A stretch of 64,000 nucleotides of DNA. Origin: Octopus sinensis. Lineage: Eukaryota. Location: assembly GCF_006345805.1 (NCBI RefSeq), contig NC_043020.1, forward strand, positions 2,790,001 through 2,854,000, written 5' to 3'. Positions within the stretch are counted from its first letter, which is position 1; the number at the start of each line of letters is the position of its first letter. A model generated the notes under the pieces. That model searched no databases, had not been told where the DNA came from, and saw only the letters and a program-made list of their open reading frames with translations. This document shows positions 11,020 through 21,775 of the stretch, one piece after another. The position numbers and the translations under genes were made by a program.

Positions 11020-13909
11020 GGTTGTGGAGTCATTTGCAGGTTTCTTTAGGACTCTGCTGTGAGGAAGTTGCAAACTTGATTTAGTTTTCTTGACTACACC
11101 ACTGGACTTTTCTTGGAATTTTACCATCCCATTCTCATCTTTGGGAATGTTTAAAGACTTGTTAAATGACATGTCTGGTTTTCTCACAAGGTATGACGGT
11201 TTAGAAGGAACAGCTTGGGTTAACTTAGAGGTAACATTATTTTCCAAAACAAGACTCTTTTGATCACTTTTGGTTTTTGTATCTACTTTGGAATATCTTA
11301 AACTTTGCCTAGAGGAATCCAAGGGTCTTTTCCTTGAAGTAGTTGTTGGAACAGTTCTCACGGGATTTTTCCCTGGGTTATTTGTGCTTTTAGATATAGA
11401 TTTGTCATGCAAGTTCTGTTGATCAGATATGCTATTACCCTTTATCTTAGTAGAGGATTTACTAGTTGAGACCCTGGTCATGGGACCCATCATATTTGCT
11501 GCTTGGGAAGATTTTCGTATATTTGATTTCCTTCCTTTAGTCAAGGGCTCACTTGAAATTGTTTCATTACCTCCAAGTGTAATTGACTTGCTTGGCAATG
11601 AGTGTTCACTTTTTACTGTGAATGAAGTATTTAACACTGGTGTTTTATTTTTAATAGTGAATGACTTGTTTAACAGTGGCTTCTGACTTTTAATAGTAGG
11701 TGACACATTTAATGGTGGTATCTGGTTTTTAACAGCAGACGACTCATTTAATGGTAGTGTCTGGCTTTTAACAGTAAACGACTCATTTAATGGTAGTGTC
11801 TGGTTTTTAAAAGCAGATGACTCATTTAATGGTAGTGTCTGGTTTTTAAAAGCAGACGACTCATTTAATGGTAGTGTCTGGTTTTTAACAGTAAACGACT
11901 CATTTAATGGTAGTGTCTGGTTTTTAACAGTAAACGACTCATTTAATGGTGGTGTCTGGTTTTTAACAGTAAACGACTCATTTAATGGTAGTGTCTGGTT
12001 TTTAACAGTAAACGACTCATTTAATGGTGGTGTCTGGTTTTTAACAGCAGACGACTCATTAATGGTAGTGTCTGGTTTTTAACAGTAAACGACTCATTTA
12101 ATGGTAGTGTCTGGTTTTTAACAGTAAACGACTCATTTAATGGTGGTGTCTGGTTTTTAACAGCAGATGACTCATTTAATGGTGGTGTCTGGTTTTTAAA
12201 AGCAGACGACTCATTTAATGGTAGTGTCTGGTTTTTAACAGTAAACGACTCATTTAATGGTAGTGTCTGGTTTTTAACAGTAAACGACTCATTTAATGGT
12301 AGTGTCTGGTTTTTAACAGCAAACGACTCATTTAATGGTGGTGTCTGGTTTTTACAGTAAACGACTCATTTAATGGTGGTGTCTGGTTTTTAACAGCAGA
12401 CGACTCATTTAATGGTGGTGTCTGGTTTTTAACAGCAGACGACTCATTTAATGGTGGTGTCTGGTTTTTAACAGTAACGACTCATTTAATGGTGGTGTCT
12501 GGTTTTTAACAGTAAACGACTCATTTAATGGTAGTGTCTGGTTTTTAACAGTAAACGACTCATTTAATGGTGGTGTCTGGTTTTTAACAGCAGACGACTC
12601 ATTTAATGGTGGTGTCTGGTTTTTAACAGTAAACGACTCATTTAATGGTAGTGTCTGGTTTTTAACAGTAAACGACTCATTTAATGGTAGTGTCTGGTTT
12701 TTAACAGTAAACGACTCATTTAATGGTAGTGTCTGGTTTTTAACAGTAAACGACTCATTTAATGGTGGTGTCTGGTTTTTAACAGCAGACGACTCATTTA
12801 ATGGTAGTGTCTGGTTTTTAACAGTAAACGACTCATTTAATGGTAGTGTCTGGTTTTTAACAGTAAACGACTCATTTAATCGTGGCATCTGGTTTCTAAC
12901 AGTAAACGACTTATTTAATGGTGGTGTCATGTTTTTAACAGTAAACGACTCATTTAGTTGTGGTTTCTTACAGTCAACAGTGAACGACTTGTTTAACAGT
13001 GGTTTCTCACTGTCAACAATGAACGGTCTGGGTAAAGAAGTTTTTGTATTTTTCAGTAAATCTGAATCTTCAAGCTTTTTCAAGAAGCTCTCATCTCTGT
13101 CCACTGTGAACGACACATTTAGGATACTGTTGCGAGAGCGTTTAACTTCATCAACTGGTGTACTGGAACTCATTTTTGTAAAACTCTCCGGAGTACGTGG
13201 TTCTTTTACTTTAACAGGAGTTCTTTTATTGACAGATCTTCCCTGATTCAAATGCCGAGATTTATGCCTGGTTGTTTTAATAGAATTTTCAAGGTCAGCT
13301 TCATTTAGTTTAAAATCAAAAGGAACTGTGTCCTTGGCTGTGGGACTATTCATATACAGACCCTCACAGGTTTCATTTATAAGCAATGGAACATCCTTAC
13401 CGGGTGACATGAAAGCATTAAAGCAGCGGATTTTTTTAGGAGAAGGTTCTACGTCATCAAAGTTCAAACACACCGGTTTCACTAAACCTAGATGTTCATC
13501 ACATGAGCTATTCATTTTGAAAATGGAAGAATCCAAGACATTTTCATCGAATTTACTATTACTATAAATCAAGACTGAAGATTTATTCAATCTTGTATTA
13601 CTGTAGTTTGTAATGTCCAGAAGAGGTGATTGTTTAATTGAGTTTTCATTCAAGGACTGCAGCTTTCGTTTTAACCCGGTGCTCTGTGACAAACTAGGTG
13701 TATCAATGGAAGGGACCTTGGTAAGGGGACTATTACAGTTCCCCTGATTCTCACGGATTGCAGCAACCACTTTGTATGCTTCTTTCTCCATCTCTTTCCA
13801 TTGTTCAGATGTAAGTTCAGGCAGGGGCTCAGCATTGCATATGCTATCTATTTCATGTGCTACACACTTCTCTGTAAACCCAACATCTCCAAAGAATATT
13901 TCTTCATCA
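11020..13909 (-). CDS. GTSE1: GTSE1-like gene, giant exon 3 (GTSE1 N-terminal motif, 13-aa tandem repeat, basic S/T-rich region); three -1 indels
   Basis: tttttcag acceptor and ACC|gtaag donor. DEEIFFGDVGFTEKCVA...WKEMEKEAYKV resembles GTSE1 DDEVFFGPFGHKERCIA...FVEVYKEAHLL. ORFs 12448-13920 and 10879-11706 are in the same frame. Confidence 0.85.
11580..13020 (-). repeat. Coding minisatellite, 39-bp unit (13 aa, LNESFTVKNQT[L/P]P), about 37 copies
   Basis: gactcattta(atggt[a/g]gtgtctggtttttaacag) recurs every 39 bp. About 30 near-identical units lie between 11741 and 12869, with degenerate units at both ends. Confidence 0.97.
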
Positions 13910-14004
13910 CTGAAAAACACAAGACATTTTTTTTTAAATGTTATTATGAATATTCATGTTTAGTTAGATTTAAATATTTTTACTTTTGAGTGTGAGTGAG
14001 TGTA

Positions 14005-15480
14005 TGTGTTGGATGGTTTGGCCAGAGCTGGCAGCCTGCACCAGACTCCAGTCTAATCTGGCATGGTTTCTACAGCCGGATGCCCTTTCTAATGCCAACC
14101 AATTTTACACGCCACCAGCATGGGTTCCAGTTACGTAACACCGGCATCGGCCACCTTGCCTCCGTGAAGCCCAAAGCTCGGATGCTGCTTTTTATGTGCC
14201 ACTGGGATGAGTGCCATTTACGTGACACTGGCATTGGCAACATTGCCTCCATGAGGCCCAACACTCGAATGATGCCTTTTACATACCACCAGCACAGGTG
14301 ACAGTTACATGACACCAGCATCGGCCATGACTACAATTTCACTTGGCTTGATGGGTCTTCTCAAGCATGGCACATCGCCAAAGGTCTCGGTCACTAGTCA
14401 TTGCCTCCGTGAGGCCAATGTTCGAAGATCATACTTCACCACCTCATCCCATGTCTTCCTCATACTTCCAACCAAAGTACAAATATATGGGAAATTACCA
14501 CCTGTATCATCTCTTGTGAAAGGTAGGAGAGTCCAGTTTGGTGGACATTGTTGTAGAGCTGAAGACGAGGTAATTTCTACTCTTCTCCTCTGGAAGCCAT
14601 CTGCTTGCGATACCAGAGGGTGCACGCTCTCCTACCCTGATGTAATCTCCAGGGATAGAGGCATCCAGCAACAGGACCTCCGTAATGCTATGATGGACCG
14701 TGAAGTCTGGTGTAGCATGGTAAATTCCATTGTCTCGACCACGGTCGAACAATGATGACCACAGGTTCTCTCCACAGTTAGAGATTGGCACTTCTTTACA
14801 CAGTTGTCCTCATCCATACGCATCACATGACTATATCTTGCACATTACACTTGATGCCTCTTACACCTAACTTTTCTCTCAAGACACTTACACTCTGTCG
14901 CACATGCACACTGACATCATACATCCAACGAAGCATACGAGCTTCATTTCTTTTGAGCTTGTGCATGTCCTCAGCGGTCACAGTCCATGTTTCACTGCTG
15001 TTCACACACAAGCACCATACAGTCTGCCTGTCACTCTGAGGGAGAGGCTCTTTGTTATTAACAGGGGTAGGAGCTCTGTAAACTTTGTCCAGCCTATTCT
15101 TATTCTGGCCGCTACACTCTCAGAGGATCCACTGCTACTGACTTGGTCACCTAAATAATGGAAGTTGTCAACAACTACTAGCTTACCTCACAGGTAGTCA
15201 ATGCGGTCTATTTTCTGTACATATTCAGTGTTTATTGTACCTGTGCACCTCTACACAAAAACTATTTTCCCAGTTAATCTTCCCATGATATTGCTGCACC
15301 TCTGATGTATCAAAACTTTGCACTGGGTACATCTTATGGAGTTTCCACCTATGCCTTTCCTACATATCGAGCAGGGCCATCTACCTGAAGAGATTTATGA
15401 TTTGTCTGCTTTCCTACTTACTAAGACTTTGATTTTTTTGCTAGGTTAACTCTAAGGCCCTTTGATTCCAGACCTTGCTT
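14005..15480 (-). mobile_element. RTE LINE (minus strand) interrupted by a second RTE family
   Basis: ETWTVTAEDMHKLKRNEARMLRWM and QGLESKGLRVNLAK. The host sequence resumes on both sides of 14461-14758. Confidence 0.85.
14465..14758 (+). mobile_element. Second RTE-family 3' end nested in the opposite orientation; another copy on the minus strand at about 40222-40365
   Basis: IYGKLPPVSSLVKGRRVQFGGHC...AMMDREVW...VEQ* followed by tgatga. Confidence 0.75.
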
Positions 15481-15502
15481 TTTTTTAATGGATAATTTAC
15501 TA

Positions 15503-15787
15503 TGATGCCAGTGCCGCCTTGACTGGCTTCCGTGCAGGTGGCACGTAAAATGCACCAATCCGACCGTGGCCGATGCCAGCCTCGCCTGGCACCAGTGCAG
15601 GTGGCACGTAAAAAGCACCCACTACACTCACGGAGTGGTTGGCGTTAGGAAGGGCATCCAGCTGTAGAAACACTGCCAGATAAGACTGGAGCCTGGTGCA
15701 GCCTTCTGGCTTCCCAGATCCCCGGTCAAACCGTCCAACCCATGCTAGCATGGAGAACGGACGTTAAACGATGATGATGATGATGAT
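15503..15787 (+). mobile_element. RTE 3'-UTR fragment
   Basis: Same hairpin units and (GAT)n tail as 7995-8255. Confidence 0.8.
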
Positions 15788-16113
15788 ATATGTATTGATC
15801 TTATCAGTCAGCACCTCTTTTGCTAATCCCTATATCCACCCCTATGTGCCTCTTACCTCTGTCACTGTGCATCTTCTGTGTCTCTCATAGTTCACTTTGT
15901 ACCCACTTCCTACCCACTCAGCAACTTTTCTTTCGCCAGTCAACCAGCCAAAGACAGTAGCTAATCTCAACTAAGTTAAGAAGCAGGGTTCAATATATTG
16001 TAAAGGTTACTGAGATTACATCAACTCAATACATTTTAACTACTCACCCACCAGCTAACCATTTAAAGACACTTGGTAAATTACAAATAATAAGTGTAAT
16101 AAATTAGACTCAC

Positions 16114-16165
16114 CCATCAGATTCAATATCAAAGTCAAACACCTCCTCATCAATTGGGACAATGT
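16114..16165 (-). CDS. GTSE1: GTSE1-like gene, exon 2 (DIVPIDEEVFDFDIESDG)
   Basis: Polypyrimidine tract plus ttccag acceptor and GG|gtgag donor. The peptide resembles human GTSE1 DILLLADEKFDFDLS. Phase 1 in, 2 out. Confidence 0.85.
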
Positions 16166-16229
16166 CTGGAACAGAGAGAGAGGAAAGAGATATTACACAA
16201 GCATGAGTATACACTATTATTCTTATTTG

Positions 16230-16636
16230 GAAACAGTAGTTGTGATACCTGTGCCGGTGACACATAAAAAGCACCATCCGAACGTGGCCGTTGCCAGTGC
16301 AGCCTCCACTGGCTTCTGTGCCGGTGGCACATAAAAAGCACCATCCGAACGTGGCCGATGCCAGCACCTTCTTGACTGGCTTCTGTGCCAGTGGCACATA
16401 AAAAAGCACCAACCGATCGTGGCCGATGCCAGACCCCTCTGGCACCTGTGCAGGTGGCACGTAAAAAGTACCCACTACACTCACGAGTGGTCGGCGTTAG
16501 GAAGGGCATCTAGCTGTAGAAACACTGCCAGATCAGACTGGAGCCTGGGGCAGCCCCTGGCTCCCCAGACCCCGGTCGAACCATCCAACCCGTGCTAGCA
16601 TGGAAAACGGACGTTAAACGATGATGATGATGATGA
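16230..16636 (+). mobile_element. RTE 3'-UTR fragment with 4 tandem hairpin units
   Basis: GTGCxGGTGGCAC-[A/G]TAAAAAGCACC at about 16250, 16318, 16385 and 16448, plus a (GAT)n tail. Confidence 0.8.
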
Positions 16637-17132
16637 TTCCCTTATTTCGGAGCTGAAAAAAATTACACAAGTCAAGTAATAGGGTCATCAATACTAACAA
16701 ACTCCTCTCGTTGAAACTGCTGCTCTTGTGCCTAAGAAACTATTATGAGCTGGCAGAGTCATTACCTCACCAAACAAAATGCTTAAAGGTGTTGCATCTG
16801 GCTCCTTATTTTCTGAGTTCAAATTCTGCCAGAAGTTGATAAAACGAGTATCAGTCGAGCACTGTCGATGATGTCATTGACTTACCCCCTCCCCTGAAAT
16901 TCCTGGCCTTGTGCCAAAATCTGAAACCAATAGTCTACAGTGCTAAGGCAGCAAGTTGGTAGAATCATTAGCATGTTAGTGGCATTTCATCTGTCTTTAT
17001 GTTCCAAGTTCTAATTCCACTGAGGCTGACTGTGACTTTCATAAGTACTAGTTGAGCACTGGGGTTAATGTAATCAACTTAGCCCCTCCACCAAAACTGC
17101 TGGCCTTGTACCAAAATTTGAAATTATCATTA

Positions 17133-17760
17133 CACTGGTTAGCACATTTTCTGGCACAAGATTTATCAAAGGTTTTTAGCTAATTTTGGGGTGCTGAATC
17201 AAAATCTAGCACCAGATTTTTCTATCACATCAGATTTTTGAGATATAAAATCTTTTAGTTTTGCTAGAAACAGTTATTTAATGCTCATAGGCACAGGAGT
17301 GGCCCTGTGGTAAGAAGTTTGCTTCCCAACCACATGGTTCTCGGTCCAGTCCTACTGTGTGGCACCTTGGGCAAGTGTTTCTACTATAGCCCAAGGCTAT
17401 AGTAGAAACACTTGGGCCGACCAAAGCCTTGTGAGTGGATCTGGTAGATGGAAACTGAAAGAAGCAATTTAATCCTCGTTCTACATCCAAGTGCTTGCAG
17501 TTCCTCTACAATCTCTCGATAGTTGTCAGCTTTCCTGTTCTCGAGGAAATTCTGAACCACATCGGAGAAGGCATTCCAAGCTCTAGCATCAGCTGCACTC
17601 GTAACAAAAGTGGATACCTGAGGAGGGTTCTTATTTGAGGTCCATCAAATATTCCTGCTTCCTGACTAGTGTTTGAAGCTTGCCCTACTTTTATAGGGAG
17701 TTCATGGCTCAAATTAGTATAGGTTTTGAATAGGGTTTGACTGGTCTTAGAAGATTTTGT
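17133..17760 (-). mobile_element. Decayed DNA transposon, Chapaev3-like (SINE inserted at about 17288-17465)
   Basis: EAGIFDGPQIRTLL followed in a shifted frame by AW..F..VV.NFL.NRKADNY. The terminus reads TTA|CAC at 17130-17135. The family assignment is from recalled motifs. Confidence 0.5.
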
Positions 17761-17967
17761 AGGTTTCCCCACTATGTCTAGGAAAAAGAATGCATGCCTA
17801 TAAATATGCATTTCAGGACAAGCAGAGTGACAACAACATTCAGAATTGTGGAAAGTATTTTGCTGTAGATGAATGTGATGCAAGGCTGAGAGAAAATTGT
17901 GCATACCAGGGGAGAGAGAGAATCCTGGGAAAGTTTATGGGACAGGTATCTATTCGAGTGAGTTTGT

Positions 17968-18232
17968 ATAGTGCAGAATGTGCAGACTGAGGCCGTGTGA
18001 GCGAGCGAGTGCAGAATGTGTAGACAGGTGGCACGAGTGAGTGCAGAATGTGCAGAGGCAATGCAAGTGAGTGCAGAATGTGCAGACAGAGGAGGCACGA
18101 GTAAGTGCAGAACTGAGGCGGTGCGAGTAAGTGCAGAATGTGCAGAGGTGGCACGAGTGAGTGCAGAATGTGCAGACTGAAGCAGCATGAGTGCAGAATG
18201 TGCAGCTGTGAAATAAGCTGAGGCAAGTGCAT
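17968..18232. repeat. Minisatellite, core gagtgcagaatgtgcaga, about 9 units of about 30 bp
   Basis: gtgcagaatgtg recurs at roughly 30-bp intervals. Confidence 0.9.
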
Positions 18233-19670
18233 TCTCAATCCATGACATGTGGTTAAATCTTTCAGGCAGACATGCATGCAGTGTGAAATGGTTTGAAAGT
18301 GGTGCAGAGGTGAAATGTGTCTGGTGCTGTGGTCATGGGCATTTGCTGTAGATAGCAAGAGACGACACAGTGTGGCATGCTGGCACATTGCAAGAGACAG
18401 GCAACTATTTATTCCACGACCAACCTGGGGCCTAACAGAGGCAAGTTGTGTCCATAACAAGGACACAGATTATGATGTGACATCCGACATGCATTGAGTT
18501 GGATAAAGGAGCTGAGTGGGTACAGACATGATGAAAACCAGTATTTCTCACGACTGCTACTTTGCTTGGCTCGATGATTCTTTTCAAGCACAATATAATC
18601 CCAAAGGTTTTCGTCTTTGACCCCCGTTTTCTACAAATTCTTTTTTTTTTAGACCTAGTAGATTGTTTTTTTTTTGGTTATTTTTATTGTGACCGAGTCT
18701 TAAACTGTATATTGACCTTGTTTTCTATATGTATATCATCATCATCATCATCGTTTAACGTCCGCTTTCCATGCTAGCATGGGTTGGACGAATATCGTAG
18801 GTAAATCATAAATCCGAAAAAGAATATATAAAGATAGATATGACTGGTCTATATAGACCGACCATATCTATCTTTATAAACTCTACTGCTCGACTCTACT
18901 ATAACCACGGGCCGACCAAGGCCTTGTGACTGGATTTGGTAGACGGAAACTGAAAGAAGCCCGCCGTTTATATATATGTGTGTGTGTGTTTTTCCTCCAC
19001 CACCGCTTGACAGCTGGTGCGGTTCGGTGAAACAGACTGATAGAATGGAAAAAAAAAAATATTAGCACTGGGGTCGACTCATTTGACGAAGGATTCGTCC
19101 AAGGGATACCTTAGCATGGCTGCAGTTTGATGAATGAAACGGGTAGATAAACACACCTTCGAAGATCAAAATTACGAATTATTTACAAGGAAGGTGAAAA
19201 TTAAGGCTGACACGAAGTTATAAATCTGTATTGACAGATTGAAATCTTACTGTTTTCTTCTAATGAAGCTGAGCTTTTGATGTCCCCATTTTTAGAGACA
19301 TGATTAACCAAAGAAAATTAAATGTGGGAAGTGTAAAGTTGTTATTTTCATGCCTTTCTCGGGGATGATATAAGTGTAGCAAATGAAAAAGAAGTTGGTT
19401 TATTGTTTTACCGTATATAAAAGAACGGAAAAAGGTAACTTACACAAGCGGTGTACTGTGATATACACAAATGGTGTTGCAACGAATGATTCGAGGCAGA
19501 ATCGCGAAACCATCGGAGACAAATATCCATCAGAAAGTATTTTCCGTTTAGGAACGATAATCAAGATATTAGAAGTTTTCATCTGAGTAAATTCTTTTTT
19601 TTTTTTTTATTTACTGTGCTTCATTTTGAAAAACGAATTAACAACCAAGATATACACACACAACCACCAC

Positions 19671-20030
19671 GGAAAGACTTCCTTGTGTACCCCACCCAAT
19701 AAAATTAAAGCAAAAAACATATTAGACATGGTGGAAAATTGATTTCCGACCATGTCTTGTCTTATAATAATAATGATGAGGAAGTTATAAAAATTTCCAT
19801 TAAAAAAAGCTTAATTTCTGTATTATGTATATTCATGTCCCAAGGTTAGGCAATTTAGGGCTTAACGTTAGGCAAATTGGGACAAGAATATACATAGTAC
19901 AGAAATGAAGGTTTTTTTTTAATAGAAATTCTCAATTTTTGACTTTTTCATCATTATTGTAAGACATGGCAGAAAATAAATTTTTCACCCTGTCTAATAA
20001 TTAAAAAAAAAATTCTAGAGGAGGGGGGTA
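19671..20030. mobile_element. Palindromic MITE-like element; half copy at about 32440-32580
   Basis: Imperfect arms of about 150 bp (attagacatggtggaaaatt...tgtccca / tgggaca...ttttcaccctgtctaat) around a ttagg-rich spacer. Confidence 0.7.
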
Positions 20031-20352
20031 TAAAGCCTTAAGTAGAGTATTCAAATAATTTTAAACATTACGAGTTTTAAATACAGAACAATTGAAAAAA
20101 AAAATAGAGAAAAAAGAAAAAAACCCAAAACAATTCCCCACCCTGGGTCGAAAAGTTGGGAGAGCTGGGAAAGCTCCCTAATTGAGACACACCAGCTGGC
20201 TTAAGTTATACATCCACAAGGCTTCACTAAAATTACCTTATATATCTATCTATATATATATTAGGAATGCCTGTACGGCTTTCTTGTACAGTGTCTTGTT
20301 TTGTGTCAATATATGAATAACTTGCAACAGAAATAAACGAATGTTTTCTTAC

Positions 20353-20380
20353 CTCCACGTTCCAGATCTGACCAATCCAT
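20353..20380 (-). CDS. GTSE1: GTSE1-like gene, coding exon 1 (MDWSDLERG, phase 1)
   Basis: The minus strand reads aaaacgATG...GGA G|gtaag. Phase 1 matches the acceptor at 16165, and the exon lies about 210 bp downstream of a CDE-CHR/CCAAT promoter cluster. Confidence 0.6.
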
Positions 20381-20590
20381 CGTTTTAGAAATATAAATAG
20401 TAGACGCCCGATTACTTAAAGTATCCTACAGACTGTATTTATAAATACACAGATATCTAATACATGTGTATAGGGATAGAACTATATAAGAATACAGCCC
20501 CTGTTCAGCTGTGTATATAAAGTTTTATGCCTATACACCTATGTATGTATATATTGTATACACAATTCAAGAAGGATTCCCACAACTCAG

Positions 20591-20634
20591 TTCAAAAATG
20601 ACGCCGTTCATTTATTGGCTGATTAAAGCCGTTA
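20591..20634 (-). promoter_or_regulatory. G2/M-type promoter module: MYB site, CCAAT box, CDE-like element, CHR
   Basis: The minus strand has TAACGG (20634-20629), AGCCAAT (20620-20614) and GGCGT-CATT-TTTGAA (20605-20591), upstream of the GTSE1-like ATG. Confidence 0.6.
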
Positions 20635-20735
20635 ATGGGAACAGTGTCGTAAATACAAACAAACCCGTCAAAAACTATATTTTTAATGTCAACGTAAATC
20701 CGTGCTGCATTTGAGAAAGTAACAGTTAATTTGTC

Positions 20736-21360
20736 GGCGATCTTTCGTTTGTAGTAGCACGTTTCCGTCGATGATTTCCGTAAAAAACTTTTATTTTTTT
20801 ACATATGGGCTTGCGGGAACATTTGAAGTAATGAGAGAGAAAGAGACTAAAAGGAAGCGATTTTATGACGAGGGAATTTCTTTTGAAGTTACCGAAGCAC
20901 ATATACACATACACCGAGTAAAAAATTACACTGAATCGGCCATACATACATACATACACACACACATACATAGATACATACACACATACATACATACACA
21001 CACACACATACATACATACATACATATACACATACACCGAGTAAAAAATTCCAGTTATCTCTCTCTTTCACACATTACTCTCTCTGTCTCTTCACACACA
21101 CTAACAGAAGCACTTCACTTACACAACATACTGTCTGTCTCCCACACCCCATCAAACACACATACACACACGCACACACACATGTCCATCAATGCTCCCA
21201 TGCACGGTAACTTCAAAAGAACTTCCCTCGTCATACAATCGCTTTCTCTTAGTCTCTTTCGCTCTCATTACTTCAAAAGTTCCCGCAAGCCCATATGTAA
21301 AAAAAAAAATAATTTTTACGGAAATCGACAGAAAGGTCTACTAGAGACGAAAGATTGCCA
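20736..21360. mobile_element. Inverted pair of a 160-bp repeat around a (TACA)n spacer; third copy at 27674-27835
   Basis: 20736-20895 is the diverged reverse complement of 21198-21360. The copy at 27674-27835 is nearly identical to 21198-21360. Confidence 0.8.
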
Positions 21361-21409
21361 TATGTACGTGTGTATGTACGTGTGGAAGCACTTTTTTTTT
21401 TTTCTTTTA

Positions 21410-21775
21410 GCACTCCGTCGGTTACGACGATGAGGGTTCCGGTTGATCCGAATCAACGGAACAGCCTGCTCGTGAAATTAACGTGTAAGTGGCTGAGCAC
21501 TCCACAGACATGTGCACCCTTAACGTAGTTCTCGGGGATATTCAGCGTGACACAGAGAGTGACAAGGCCGGCCCTTTGAAATACAGGTACAACAGAAACA
21601 GGAAGTAAGAGTGAGAGAAAGTTGTGGTGAAAGAGTACAGTAGGGATCACCACCATCCCCTGCCGGAGCCTCGTGGAGCTTTAGGTGTTATCGCTCAATA
21701 AACACTCACAACGCCCGGTCTGGGAATCGAAACCGCGAGTCCGCTGCCCTAACCACTGGGCCATTGCGCCTCCAC
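21410..21775 (-). mobile_element. tRNA-derived SINE family A (other copies 29280-29637 minus, 41943-42140 plus)
   Basis: Head GGAGGCGCAATGGCCCAGTGGTTAGG (A box) and GGTTTCGATTCC (B box), followed by a shared non-tRNA body and an A-rich tail. Confidence 0.85.

Noticed and set aside
11580-13020. 39-bp array as a CRISPR-like locus
   Set aside because: There are no unique spacers, the unit length is a multiple of 3 within an exon, the context is eukaryotic and there are no cas genes.
17778-18466. 156-aa and 208-aa ORFs with SAHSAL/LHILHS repeats
   Set aside because: They are produced by the 30-bp minisatellite, with no splice signals or recognisable domain.
20771-21433. 220-aa plus-strand ORF
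   Set aside because: It runs through an inverted repeat, (TACA)n and a SINE tail, so it is compositional.
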